From the NCBI GenBank assembly GCA_965277805.1, contig OZ255842.1, positions 4,032,001-4,096,000 on the forward strand: a DNA stretch of 64,000 nucleotides, given 5' to 3'. The DNA comes from Candidatus Lustribacter sp. Its GTDB lineage: Bacteria > Vulcanimicrobiota > Vulcanimicrobiia > Vulcanimicrobiales > Vulcanimicrobiaceae. The notes beneath the pieces are model-generated. The model had not been told where the DNA came from, did not search any database, and was given only the letters and a program-made list of their open reading frames with translations. How positions within the stretch are numbered: position 1 is the first letter of the stretch; every line of letters begins with the position of its first letter. This document shows positions 45,791 to 55,609 of this stretch, piece by piece. The position numbers and the translations under genes were made by a program.

Positions 45791-47395
45791 TCAAAGTCTC
45801 CAGTCGGCGGCGTTCCACGTCGGGTTGAACGCGTTCGGCGCGAAGCCGTGCAATGCCGCGCGGTACGCGTAGATATACGAGGGGTCGAACAAGTACACGA
45901 TCGGGACGGCGGCGGCCACCCGCTGCTCGATGGCCGAATATAGAGCCTTGCGTTCGGCTTGCGAGGGCGCGGCCAGCGCGCGGTGCTCGAGTGCGTCGAC
46001 GTGCGGATCGCACCAGCGCATCACGTTGGCCGGGCCGTCGCACGTCAGTAGAAAACTGTCATCGGGATCGGCACCCATCGGCCACGGCACGTACGCAAGA
46101 TCGAACGCGCCGGTCGCGAGCGCGCCGCCTTCGGCCTTCGGCAAGAACAGCTTCGCGTTGGTCACGGACTTCAATGTCAGTTCGATCCCGCGCGCGTGCA
46201 GCGCCCGCTCGATGAACGCCGCCGCGCGCACGCCCGTCTGGCTCTCCGGAAACTGCACGTAGGTCAGCGCGAGCCGTTTGCCGTTCTTCACGCGCACGCC
46301 GTCCGCGCCGCGCAACCAGCCTGCCGCATCGAAGAGCCGGTCGGCCGCTGCCGGATCGTACGCCGGTAAATGTACCGCCGGATCGCGCGCCCACGAGCCG
46401 AGCGGCTGCGCCGTGTCGACGACCGGATAGCGCTTGAACGTAATCTTGTCGCTGATCGCCTGACGGTCGATCGACGCCGCGATCGCGCGGCGCACGCGCA
46501 CGTCGTCGAGCGGCGGATGCGTCGTGTTGAACGCCACTCCCGCGATCAGCGCCAGCGGAACGTACGTGAATGCAATCCCCGCGTGTCCGAGCATCGATTG
46601 CTGCTGCACGGGCGAGATCAAGTTCCAGTCGAGCGCGCCGCTGAGCAGCGAGGTATAGTTCGTGCCCGGATCGGGAACGATGCGAATGTCGAGCCGCTTC
46701 GTCGCCGGCGCGCCGCGCCAATACGCGGGATTGCTTTCGTACACGAGCCGCTCGCCGCGCTCCCACGACACGAACTTGTACGGGCCGTCGCCCACCGGCG
46801 CGCCGCCGAACGCCGCACGATCGAGCGGCGGTTCGTTCGCGAGCAAATGCGCGGGCAGCACGTACTGCGGCGCGGTACCGTAGCTGAATAACGTCGCAAC
46901 TGCGGGCGCCCACGGCGCCTTGAGCACCACGCGCACGGTTTCATCGTCGATGCGCTCGGCGCGCGCCACGCGGTCGTAGCCTTCGCGCGAACCGACCGGA
47001 TTGCGCGGATCGACGATCGCGTGCAGCGTGAAGAGCACGTCGCTCGCCGTCACCGGCACGCCGTCTTGCCAGCGCACGCCGTGCCGCAGACGGTATGTGA
47101 TCGTGCGTCCGTCACGCGAGAGATCGCCGTTCGCGACGGTTGGGATGCGCGCCAGCAAAATGGGTATGGCGCGTCCGTGCGCATCGATATCGATAAACGG
47201 CTCGAATGCAAGCCGGGCCAGTTGCTGCTCGACGCTGTTGGCGTCGGCATGCGCGAAGAGCGGATCCAGCGTTTGCGGATCGGCGGCGATGGCAAAGCGC
47301 ACGTTCGCGGCGGGCGTCCCGGTACCGCCGGTTCGCGTACAGGCCGTGGCCGCCAGCAGCAGCGCGATTCCAAGCCGGCGGAGAGCGGCGATCAC
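45791..47395 (-). CDS. Peptide/nickel ABC substrate-binding lipoprotein (family 5)
   Basis: Lipobox ATAC; 'LRHGVRWQDGVPVTASDVLFT', 'PVGDGPYKFVSW', 'DVRVRRAI'. Confidence 0.9.
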   Translation of the reverse strand: MIAALRRLGIALLLAATACTRTGGTGTPAANVRFAIAADPQTLDPLFAHADANSVEQQLARLAFEPFIDIDAHGRAIPILLARIPTVANGDLSRDGRTITYRLRHGVRWQDGVPVTASDVLFTLHAIVDPRNPVGSREGYDRVARAERIDDETVRVVLKAPWAPAVATLFSYGTAPQYVLPAHLLANEPPLDRAAFGGAPVGDGPYKFVSWERGERLVYESNPAYWRGAPATKRLDIRIVPDPGTNYTSLLSGALDWNLISPVQQQSMLGHAGIAFTYVPLALIAGVAFNTTHPPLDDVRVRRAIAASIDRQAISDKITFKRYPVVDTAQPLGSWARDPAVHLPAYDPAAADRLFDAAGWLRGADGVRVKNGKRLALTYVQFPESQTGVRAAAFIERALHARGIELTLKSVTNAKLFLPKAEGGALATGAFDLAYVPWPMGADPDDSFLLTCDGPANVMRWCDPHVDALEHRALAAPSQAERKALYSAIEQRVAAAVPIVYLFDPSYIYAYRAALHGFAPNAFNPTWNAADWRL

Positions 47396-47484
47396 CCCGC
47401 TGGCGGTTTTCCCCGGGGGGCCGAAGCCCTGCGGGGCCGGCCGCAACGGTCGGCCGAGGTGGGCGGTTTCAAGGTTTCGGTCTG

Positions 47485-48864
47485 ATGCTCGAACTCGAAT
47501 TACCACCCCCTGGTCAATCGCCGGCCGCCGCGCCGGCGTCGTTCGAACACAGGCGGCTACGCGACGGAGCCTTCTGGCAAACCGTCCCTCGGTACGCTGG
47601 GGTGGATGAGGCGACGTTTCTCGACCATGGCTGGCAAGGCCGAAACTCGGTCAAGACGCCGGACGAACTCTTCGCCACGATCGACGGGCTGGTCGACGCG
47701 GCGTTCATCGCCGACGCCCGCGAGGGCTTCGAGCTCGCGCCGATGGCCGTGCGGGTCTCGCCGTACCTCATCGCCGCGATCGACTGGTCGCAGCCCTACA
47801 CCGATCCGATACGTCGCCAGTTCATCCCGCTGCGGTCGACCGCGCGCTCCGATCATCCGCGGCTGACGCTCGACTCGCTGCACGAACAGCAAGACTCGCC
47901 CGTACCGGGCCTGATCCATCGCTACGCCGACAAAGCGCTCTTTCTGCCGACGCAAACGTGCCCGGTGTATTGCCGCTTTTGTACGCGCTCGTACGTCATC
48001 GGACCCGACACCGAGAGCGTCGACAAACTCGCGCTCGGCAAGACGCCCGATGCATGGGGTCCGGTGTTCGATTACATCGCCGCGCATCCGGAGATCGAAG
48101 ACATCGTCATTTCCGGCGGTGATGCCTACCAGCTCGCGCCGAAGAACATCACGCTCATCGGCGACGCGCTGCTCGCGATCCCGCACGTGCGGCGCATGCG
48201 CTTTGCAACCAAAGGCCTGGCCGTGATGCCGATGAAAATTCTGACCGACCCTGCCTGGGTCGATGCGCTCGTCGGCGTCGTCAATAAGGGCCGCGCGCTC
48301 GGCAAAGAAGTCGTCGTGCACACGCACTTCAACCACCCGAACGAAATCACCGCGATAACGGCGCGCGCCATGGCGGTGTTATTCGAGCGCGGGGTGTACG
48401 TGCGTAACCAAACCGTTCTCATGCGCGGCGTCAACGATGACGCCGCAACCATGTTGCTGCTGGTGAAGCGGCTCGAGTACGTCAACATTCACCCGTATTA
48501 CGTGTACGTGCACGACTTGGTGAGCGGCGTCGAAGACCTGCGCACGTCGGTGCAAACCGCGCTGGACATCGAAAAAACCGTGCGCGGAGCGACCGCCGGC
48601 TACAACACGCCGACATTCGTCTGCGATGCGCCCGGCGGCGGCGGCAAGCGCGACGTGCACTCGTTCGAATGGTACGACCGCGAAACCGGGGTGTCGGTGT
48701 GGACCGCGCCGAGCGTCAAGCCCGGCAAGTATTTCCTGTACTTCGACCCGCTCAACGCACTCGAGCCGCGCATGCAAGCGCGCTGGGCCGTACCGGAACT
48801 GCAAGACCGCATGATCGCCGACGCCTTGGCCCATGCGGGCGGAACCGCCGCCGCACTCGCCTAA
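47485..48864 (+). CDS. KamA-family radical SAM aminomutase (lysine/arginine 2,3-aminomutase-like)
   Basis: CPVYCRFC, 'ISGGD', 'HTHFNHPNE', 'NQTVLMRGVND', PLP-lysine motif 'APGGGGK'. Confidence 0.9.
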   Translation: MLELELPPPGQSPAAAPASFEHRRLRDGAFWQTVPRYAGVDEATFLDHGWQGRNSVKTPDELFATIDGLVDAAFIADAREGFELAPMAVRVSPYLIAAIDWSQPYTDPIRRQFIPLRSTARSDHPRLTLDSLHEQQDSPVPGLIHRYADKALFLPTQTCPVYCRFCTRSYVIGPDTESVDKLALGKTPDAWGPVFDYIAAHPEIEDIVISGGDAYQLAPKNITLIGDALLAIPHVRRMRFATKGLAVMPMKILTDPAWVDALVGVVNKGRALGKEVVVHTHFNHPNEITAITARAMAVLFERGVYVRNQTVLMRGVNDDAATMLLLVKRLEYVNIHPYYVYVHDLVSGVEDLRTSVQTALDIEKTVRGATAGYNTPTFVCDAPGGGGKRDVHSFEWYDRETGVSVWTAPSVKPGKYFLYFDPLNALEPRMQARWAVPELQDRMIADALAHAGGTAAALA

Positions 48865-48874
48865 GCCCCCACGC

Positions 48875-49162
48875 ATGCTCGTCAACTGCGTCATCTACAC
48901 GTTTCCGGCCGACAAAGCCGAGGAAGCGGCGAAAGCTCTGGTCCCGTTGCGCGACGGATCGCGCGCCGAGGCAGGCTGCATCACGTTCGACGTTTCGCGC
49001 AGCAACGAAGATCCCAACGTCTTCGTGCTCTACGAAGAGTGGCGCGATCAGGAGGCGCTCGACGTGCACTACAAGACCGCGCACTTCGAGAAGTACGGGA
49101 TCAACGGGATACGCGTGCTCGCGAGCAACCGCGTCGCCCATCGCTGCCGGCCGCTCGAATAA
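48875..49162 (+). CDS. ABM-family (putative quinol) monooxygenase
   Basis: 'SRAEAGCITFDV', 'FVLYEEWRDQEALDVH...HF'. Confidence 0.85.
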   Translation: MLVNCVIYTFPADKAEEAAKALVPLRDGSRAEAGCITFDVSRSNEDPNVFVLYEEWRDQEALDVHYKTAHFEKYGINGIRVLASNRVAHRCRPLE

Positions 49163-49170
49163 CGCCGCAC

Positions 49171-49734
49171 ATGATGCGGTGGTGTGTCTTCTGCGGTTCG
49201 TCGCCGGGCAACGATCCGCGCTTCGTTGAGTATGCGACCGCGGCCGGCACCGCGATCGCGCAGAGCGGCAACGAACTCGTCTACGGCGGAGGCCGGACCG
49301 GGCTCATGGGGGCCGTGGCGGATGCAACGATCGCTGCGGGCGGCCGGGTCATCGGCGTCATCCCGCGGCACCTCGAGGAGCGCGAGGTCGCGCATCGCGG
49401 CATCAGCGACCTGCGCGTCGTCGGGTCGATGCACGAGCGCAAGGCCCTCATGGCCGAGCTGAGCGGCGGCTTCATCGCGCTGCCGGGCGGCTTCGGGACC
49501 TTCGAAGAATACTGCGAGGTCGTGACCTGGGTCCAGCTCGGGATCCAGCGCAAGCCCTGCATCCTAGCCAACCTCGACGGCTTCTACGACCCCTTGGTGG
49601 CGCAGTTCGACCGCGGCCGCGATGCCGGGTTTATCACGCCGGTCAACCGCGAAATCGTCCAAGTGGTGACATCCCTTGCGGGTTTACTGGCCGTCGTTTC
49701 AAGGAACACCTCGACGGAGCGCATACTTCCCTAG
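49171..49734 (+). CDS. LOG family nucleotide phosphoribohydrolase
   Basis: 'CVFCGSS', 'MHERK', 'PGGFGTFEE'. Confidence 0.92.
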   Translation: MMRWCVFCGSSPGNDPRFVEYATAAGTAIAQSGNELVYGGGRTGLMGAVADATIAAGGRVIGVIPRHLEEREVAHRGISDLRVVGSMHERKALMAELSGGFIALPGGFGTFEEYCEVVTWVQLGIQRKPCILANLDGFYDPLVAQFDRGRDAGFITPVNREIVQVVTSLAGLLAVVSRNTSTERILP

Positions 49735-49749
49735 GCGAGGAAAGAAACG

Positions 49750-50121
49750 TTGGGAGGAATCGGGCGGCGCGCTCTTGTGGTCGATGATAACGCGATCATG
49801 CGCACGATCGTGGGTCGCATTCTGCGCGAAGCGCAGTTTGATATCGTGGAAGCCACCAACGGCGCCGAAGCAATTCAGGCGTTTTTTCGCGATAAGCCCG
49901 ACATCGTGCTGATGGATCTCAACATGGACGGCATCGACGGCACGGCGGCGATCCGCGGCATCTTGCAGATCAACCCGACGGCCCGCATCGTGGTGTGCTC
50001 GGCGACGAGCGACGCCCACATCGTCCTCAACCTGCTCAAGCTCGGCGCGAAGGGCTACGTAACGAAGCCCTTCACGCCGGAGAAGTTGCTCAACGCAATC
50101 GACGCCGCCCTCGCAGCGTGA
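49750..50121 (+). CDS. CheY-like single-domain response regulator
   Basis: 'LVVDD', 'LMDLNMDGIDG', 'TKPF'. Confidence 0.9.
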   Translation: MGGIGRRALVVDDNAIMRTIVGRILREAQFDIVEATNGAEAIQAFFRDKPDIVLMDLNMDGIDGTAAIRGILQINPTARIVVCSATSDAHIVLNLLKLGAKGYVTKPFTPEKLLNAIDAALAA

Positions 50122-50130
50122 TGCGGTGGC

Positions 50131-53100
50131 CTAGCCCTCGGTGAGGGCTTCGCGGATGATGCGCTCTTGCTCGACCGCGTGCGCGCCCGGATAGCCTTCG
50201 GAGGGGCTAGCGCGGTACGAGCGGCCGATGTAGCCGAGGTCGCCGAACTTCTTCGGTAGACGTTCGACCACGCGGCGGCGGACGTGCGCCCGCGCGCCCA
50301 TGTTCTTCGGCTCTTCCTGAACCCAATGGACCGACTTGAGATTCGGGTACGTCGTGGTCAGGAGTTCGAGGATCGCATCCGCCGGCAACGGCGAGAGCAG
50401 CTCGACGCGCGCGATGGCGGTCTTGGTCGCCTTCGGGTAGAGTGCGCTCGAGGTGAGATCGTAGTAGATCTTGCCCGAGCAGAGCAGCAGACGTTCCACC
50501 GACTTACGATCCTCGGCATTGGTGTAGCGCGGGTCGTCGATCAACGCATGGAACGCTCCGTCGACGAGTTCGTCCAGCGTGCCGTAGGCAGCGCGGTTGC
50601 GTAGCAGCGATTTCGGCGTCATGATGACGAGCGGGAAGGCTTCCTCGGCCTTCGCTTGGGCGCGCAGCAAGTGGAAGTACTGCGCGGCCGTCGAGCAGTT
50701 CGCAACGCGAATGTTGCCTTCGGCCGACAGCGAGAGCCAGCGCTCGAGACGGGCGCTCGAATGTTCCGGTCCCGCACCTTCATAGCCGTGCGGCAGCAGC
50801 ATGGTGAGACGCGTCGTTTCGCCCCACTTCGCCGCACCGGCGGAGATGAACTGATCGATGATAATCTGCGCACCGTTGTTGAAGTCGCCGAACTGCGCTT
50901 CCCACAACACCAGCGCTTCCGGCGCTTCGGTCGAGTAGCCGTACTCGAAGCCCAGGCACGCGTACTCGGAGAGCGGCGAGTTGTGGATTTCGAACGAGGC
51001 CTTCGCCGCCGGCAGATGCTGAAGCGGGATGTACTTCTCGTTGGTGTTCGCGTCGTGCAGCGCCGCGTGGCGGTGGCTGAACGTTCCGCGCTCGGAATCT
51101 TGTCCGGTCAGGCGGATCGGCGTGCCTTCGCTGAGCAGCGCGGCGAAGGCCAGCGCTTCGGCCAAGCCCCAGTCGACTTCGCCTTCGAGTTGCAGCGCCG
51201 ATTTGCGCTTGGCGAACTGCGCGGTGAGTTTTTTGCTCGGCGTGAAGCCGTCGGGCGTCGCCACGACCGCTTCCGACCACGCGAGCAACTTCGCGCGTTC
51301 GACGCCGGTCTCGATCGCCGCAGCGCGCGTGCCGCCCTTGGATTTCTGCGTGATGAGCTTCTTCGCGCCGTGTTCTTCCTTGACGTTGCGATGCGCCTCG
51401 GTGATGCGCGCCGTCGCGGCCTCTTGCATCGCCGTGACTTGCTCGCTCGTCAGCACGCCCTGCGCGACCAGCCGGGCAGCGAACAGCTCGCGCACGGTCG
51501 GATGCGTCTTGATGGTTTCATACATCAGCGGCTGGGTGTATGCGGGCTCGTCCTGCTCGTTGTGTCCGAAGCGGCGATAGCCGATCAGGTCGATGAGCAC
51601 ATCGCGGCCGAACTTGCGGCGGAAATCAATCGCCAGATGCACCGAGGCAATGCACATTTCGACGTCGTCGGCGTTGACGTGCACGATCGGCAGATCGTAG
51701 CCCTTCGCCAAGTCCGAAGCGTAGCGCGTCGAGCGGCCTTCCATCGGATCGGTGGTGAAGCCGATCTGGTTGTTCGAAATGATGTGGATCGTGCCGCCGG
51801 TGGCGTAGCCCGCAATCGCTTGCAGGTTGAGCACTTCGGCGACCACGCCTTGCGCCGCGAATGCCGCGTCGCCGTGGATGAGGATCGGGGCGGCGATCTG
51901 CGCGTCGAACCTCGCGATATTGTTGCTGCGATCGGTTTGCAGGCAGCGCGTCATGCCTTCGACGACGCCGTCGACCGCTTCGAGGTGCGACGGGTTGTTC
52001 GCCAGCTCGACCGTGATCTTCGTGCCGATCGGCGTGACGTAGGTGCCTTCGGCGCCGTGATGGTACTTGACGTCGCCGGTAACGTCGACTTCGTCGAGAT
52101 CCGGTTCGGCCGTCTTCATCGCGCCGGCTTCGAACTCGGCCAGCAGTTCTTCGTATGGACGGTTGACGACGTGCGCGATGGCGGAGAGGCGGCCGCGATG
52201 CGCCATGCCGAGGACGGCGGTTTGCGTGCCGTCTTCCGCCAGCATCGAGATCGTCTCTTCGAGCATCGGAATCATCACGTCCAGACCTTCGATCGAGAAG
52301 GTCTTCTGCGACATGAACTGTTTACGGAAGTAGCGCTCCATCGTCTCGACCTTGGTGAGACGCTGGAGAATTTGAACTTTGCGCTGCGGCGTGAGTTCGC
52401 GGCGGTGCATCGAGCCTTCGATGTACTCGCGCAGCCACTCACGCTGTTCGACGTTAGAGATGTGCTCGATCTCGTAGGAGATCGTGCCGCTGTAAACATT
52501 GCGCAGGTTCGGCAGCACCTCGGCGAGCGTGTCGCCGGGCACCTTCACGCGCAGCACTGTTGCCGGCACCGCGTTCATCATCGCCGGGGTGAGCTTGTAG
52601 GTGTTGGTGTCGAGCGACGGATCGCCGGGCGGCGGCGAGCCGAGCGGATCGAGCGACGCCGCAAGATGGCCGTGACGGCGATAGGCCGACACGATCGCCG
52701 AGCCCGCCGCGATGCCGCGCAGCATCTCTTCCGACGGCATGCCGGCGAGTTCGCCCGACGTGCTGCTGGGCGCGCGCGGCGGCGCAAACGTTTGCGCGCC
52801 GGCGTTCGCGTTCGCGTTGACGGCATCGCCGCGGACGCTCGCCGTGAGACCGAAGTCCGCGAAGACGTTCTCGTAGAAGTTGGCGGCGCCGTTAAGGAAC
52901 TCGTCGATGCGCTTGAGGAACTCGCCCGACGCCGCACCTTGGATGATGCGGTGGTCGTAGGTCGAGGTCATCGTCATAACTTTTTCGATCGACAGCGATT
53001 TGAGCGTCGAGTCGGGCGCGTGCGAGAAGCCCGGCGGATATGCGATCGCGCCGGCCGCAACGATCGTGCCTTGGCCGATCATCAAACGCGGCACGGATGC

Positions 53101-54198
53101 GATCGTGCCGATACCGCCGGGATTGGTCAGCGTGAACGTGGCGCCGGTCTGTTCTTCAACCGTGAGTTTGTTGTCGCGCGCTTTGGCCACGAGATCTTCG
53201 TAGGCGGCGCGGAATTGTACGAAGTTGATGCCGGCTGCGTTCTTGATCACCGGCACGACGAGCGTGCGCGAACCGTCTTTGCGTTGCGAATCGACGGCCA
53301 GACCGAGGTTAATGCCGGCCTCGACGCGCTGCGGTTTGCCGCCCTCGCGGCGGAACGACGCGCACATTCCGGGCTGTTCTTTCGCTGCTTGCGCGATGGC
53401 AAACGCGATCAGATGCGTGAACGAGATCTTCTCGCTGCGGCCCGCGCCCTTGAGCGCCGAGTTGAGTTCGGCGCGGCGCAGTTCGAGCGTGCCGACCGAG
53501 AGCGTGCGGAACGACGTGGCCGTCGGGATCGACGTGCTCTGGTCCATGTAGCTGGCCAGCGTCGCGGCCGAGCCTTTGATGTCGGTAACCTTCGTTTCGG
53601 CCGTCACCGGCGGATACGCGATCGCGGCGGCGCCGTTGGTCTTCGCCGCGCCGTTCGCTGCGGCAGGCTTCAAAGTGCCGGCGGCCATCGCGGCATCAAC
53701 GTCTTCGCGCAGGATCAGCCCGTCGGGCCCGGTGCCCTTGACGCCGGAGAGGTCGAGGCTGAAACGATCGGCGAGCCGCCGGGCATGGTGCGAGACGGTT
53801 TTGGAGAGGGCGCCCGTACCGGCGCTGTTCTTCTCGGGCGGCGGCGCGGCCGAGCCGGCCTCGCCGTACGACGCCGGAGTGACCAAGGTGGGTTCGGAGC
53901 CGGCCGGCTTCGGCGCCGGGGCCGCCGCGGCGGCACCCTCGGGCTTGGCGGCAGTGGTGTCGATCTCGATCAGTACCGAGCCGACCGCGATCGTGTCGCC
54001 CTCAGCACCGTGCAGCGCCGTAATTACGCCCGAGGCCGTGGAGGGCACCTCGACGTCGACCTTATCGGTCGTGACGTCGACGATGGTCTCGCCCTCATCG
54101 ACCCATTGACCGACCTTCTTTCGCCACTCGACAATCGAGCCTTCGGTGACCGACTCTCCCATCTCCGGAAGGGTCACCTTTACTAGGGAATCGAGCAC
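50131..54198 (-). CDS. kgd: Multifunctional 2-oxoglutarate dehydrogenase/decarboxylase: lipoyl + PSBD + E2 acyltransferase + E1
   Basis: 'TDKVDVEVPS' lipoyl-Lys, PSBD 'GTGPDGLILREDV', E2 'DHRIIQGA', E1 'GMAHRGR', 'HGDAAF', 'WEAQFGDF', 'GPEHSSAR'. Confidence 0.93.
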   Translation of the reverse strand: MLDSLVKVTLPEMGESVTEGSIVEWRKKVGQWVDEGETIVDVTTDKVDVEVPSTASGVITALHGAEGDTIAVGSVLIEIDTTAAKPEGAAAAAPAPKPAGSEPTLVTPASYGEAGSAAPPPEKNSAGTGALSKTVSHHARRLADRFSLDLSGVKGTGPDGLILREDVDAAMAAGTLKPAAANGAAKTNGAAAIAYPPVTAETKVTDIKGSAATLASYMDQSTSIPTATSFRTLSVGTLELRRAELNSALKGAGRSEKISFTHLIAFAIAQAAKEQPGMCASFRREGGKPQRVEAGINLGLAVDSQRKDGSRTLVVPVIKNAAGINFVQFRAAYEDLVAKARDNKLTVEEQTGATFTLTNPGGIGTIASVPRLMIGQGTIVAAGAIAYPPGFSHAPDSTLKSLSIEKVMTMTSTYDHRIIQGAASGEFLKRIDEFLNGAANFYENVFADFGLTASVRGDAVNANANAGAQTFAPPRAPSSTSGELAGMPSEEMLRGIAAGSAIVSAYRRHGHLAASLDPLGSPPPGDPSLDTNTYKLTPAMMNAVPATVLRVKVPGDTLAEVLPNLRNVYSGTISYEIEHISNVEQREWLREYIEGSMHRRELTPQRKVQILQRLTKVETMERYFRKQFMSQKTFSIEGLDVMIPMLEETISMLAEDGTQTAVLGMAHRGRLSAIAHVVNRPYEELLAEFEAGAMKTAEPDLDEVDVTGDVKYHHGAEGTYVTPIGTKITVELANNPSHLEAVDGVVEGMTRCLQTDRSNNIARFDAQIAAPILIHGDAAFAAQGVVAEVLNLQAIAGYATGGTIHIISNNQIGFTTDPMEGRSTRYASDLAKGYDLPIVHVNADDVEMCIASVHLAIDFRRKFGRDVLIDLIGYRRFGHNEQDEPAYTQPLMYETIKTHPTVRELFAARLVAQGVLTSEQVTAMQEAATARITEAHRNVKEEHGAKKLITQKSKGGTRAAAIETGVERAKLLAWSEAVVATPDGFTPSKKLTAQFAKRKSALQLEGEVDWGLAEALAFAALLSEGTPIRLTGQDSERGTFSHRHAALHDANTNEKYIPLQHLPAAKASFEIHNSPLSEYACLGFEYGYSTEAPEALVLWEAQFGDFNNGAQIIIDQFISAGAAKWGETTRLTMLLPHGYEGAGPEHSSARLERWLSLSAEGNIRVANCSTAAQYFHLLRAQAKAEEAFPLVIMTPKSLLRNRAAYGTLDELVDGAFHALIDDPRYTNAEDRKSVERLLLCSGKIYYDLTSSALYPKATKTAIARVELLSPLPADAILELLTTTYPNLKSVHWVQEEPKNMGARAHVRRRVVERLPKKFGDLGYIGRSYRASPSEGYPGAHAVEQERIIREALTEG

Positions 54199-54313
54199 GC
54201 GCTGTCCACTCCATTTGCGATCTTTGAGGTACGAGTAATTTTGCGGTTATCGAGATTATCTGCCTGCACTACAACCAAAGAAACGACAAAAGCGAGGCAC
54301 TTGTCCTTGGGGA

Positions 54314-54799
54314 CTAAAAGTGTGCGCTTGCTTCCTTCGGCACCGCTAGCCGCCGGATGTCCGCGGCACGGCCGGGCCAGCCGGCAATGAGCGGTTCGGC
54401 GTAGCCGCCCGTGAAGCACGCCGGAGTGAAGCCCGGCGCCATCGTGCAGCCGAACAGGGCGTACCGCCCGCCCGCGAGCAACTCGCCGGCCTGCCAGGTG
54501 CCGGCCGGAACCGTGAACTGCACGGCGTGACCGGCGGCCGGATCCGGTCCCATGACGACGTCGCGATCGGCGCCGCCGGGTTCGAGCAGGATCAGCCGGA
54601 ACGGATCGCCCGCGTAAAAGTGCCACACCTCATCCTGCGTGAGGACGTGAAAGAGCGAACGGCTCGGCGGATCGGCGGCATAGAGCGCGACGATCGCCGT
54701 CGATGCGCTCGAGCGATACGTTTCGGCAAACAGCGTGCCCTCGACCGGCAACGGCTGCAGATCGAATCGTTCGATCAGCGCGCGTACTTCGGGTTCCAC
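54314..54799 (-). CDS. Cupin_5 (DUF985) family protein
   Basis: 'EG..FAETYRS', 'DEVWHFYAGDP', 'VPAGTWQA', 'CTMAPGF'. Confidence 0.88.
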   Translation of the reverse strand: MEPEVRALIERFDLQPLPVEGTLFAETYRSSASTAIVALYAADPPSRSLFHVLTQDEVWHFYAGDPFRLILLEPGGADRDVVMGPDPAAGHAVQFTVPAGTWQAGELLAGGRYALFGCTMAPGFTPACFTGGYAEPLIAGWPGRAADIRRLAVPKEASAHF

Positions 54800-54832
54800 A
54801 GGACGCTGCTTGGATCAAACGGTAACCGTCCC

Positions 54833-55606
54833 ATGGTGATCGCACCGGAAATCGCCGCACTGCTCGACCTGCGCGAGCGCGCCGTTCTCGTAACCGGTTC
54901 GAGCAGCGGCATCGGCGCCGGCATCGCGCGGCGTCTCCACGCCGCCGGCGCGCGCGTCGCCGTGCACTACGCGACCGCGCGCGTCGCCGCAGAAATGCTG
55001 GCGGGTGAACTCGGCGAACGCGCCTGTGTCGTGCACGGCGACGTCGAACGCGACGCGGAGCGCTTATGCACGGATGTGATCGCGGCGTTCGGCGGGCTCG
55101 ACGCGGTGGTGAACAACGCCGGCATTCAGCCGGTGAATGCGCTGATCGATCTGAGCGCGGACGACGTGCGCGAGATGCTGCGCGTGAACGTGGAAGGCAC
55201 GATTGCGCTGACGCACGCTGCGGCGAAGCACATGATTGCGCGCGGCGACGGGGGCGCAATCGTCAACATCGCCTCGATCGAAGGCCTGCAGCCGGCACCG
55301 GGACACAGCCACTACGCGGCATCGAAGGCGGCGGTGCTGATGCACACGCGCGCGGCGGCCCTCGAACTCGGACCGCGGCACATTCGCGTGAACGCGGTTG
55401 CGCCGGGCCTGATCGACGCTGCCGGTCTCGCGGAGGCGTGGCCCGACGGCGTGAACCGCTGGCTCGGCGCGTGTCCGCTCGAACGTCTCGGATCGACCGA
55501 AGACGTGGGCGACGCCGTGCTCTTTCTGCTGTCGGATGCGGCGCGCTGGATCACCGGCGCAACGCTCGTGGTCGACGGCGGCATGCTCGCGCGCCCAACC
55601 TGGTAG
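54833..55606 (+). CDS. Short-chain dehydrogenase/reductase
   Basis: TGSSSGIG, NNAG, YAASK. Confidence 0.92.
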   Translation: MVIAPEIAALLDLRERAVLVTGSSSGIGAGIARRLHAAGARVAVHYATARVAAEMLAGELGERACVVHGDVERDAERLCTDVIAAFGGLDAVVNNAGIQPVNALIDLSADDVREMLRVNVEGTIALTHAAAKHMIARGDGGAIVNIASIEGLQPAPGHSHYAASKAAVLMHTRAAALELGPRHIRVNAVAPGLIDAAGLAEAWPDGVNRWLGACPLERLGSTEDVGDAVLFLLSDAARWITGATLVVDGGMLARPTW

Positions 55607-55609
55607 GAC

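Noticed and set aside
47396-47484. GC-rich hairpins upstream of the KamA-family gene (lysine or SAM riboswitch?)
   Set aside because: Region is too short and lacks recognisable conserved cores; such hairpins are expected by chance at this GC content
49171-49734. LOG protein as a lysine decarboxylase partnering KamA
   Set aside because: 'Lysine decarboxylase' is a known misannotation of the LOG family; the PGGxGTxxE motif indicates a phosphoribohydrolase
50656-54186. 1176-aa plus-strand ORF antisense to kgd
   Set aside because: Shadow ORF from high-GC codon bias; Arg/Ala-rich with no motifs, while the opposite strand is a clear enzyme
54199-54313. AT-richer leader of kgd with GAAAC/GGCACTT/TAGTGCA words reminiscent of a c-di-GMP-II riboswitch or sucA RNA
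   Set aside because: The words fall on inconsistent strands and the required pairings cannot be built; most likely an ordinary promoter region
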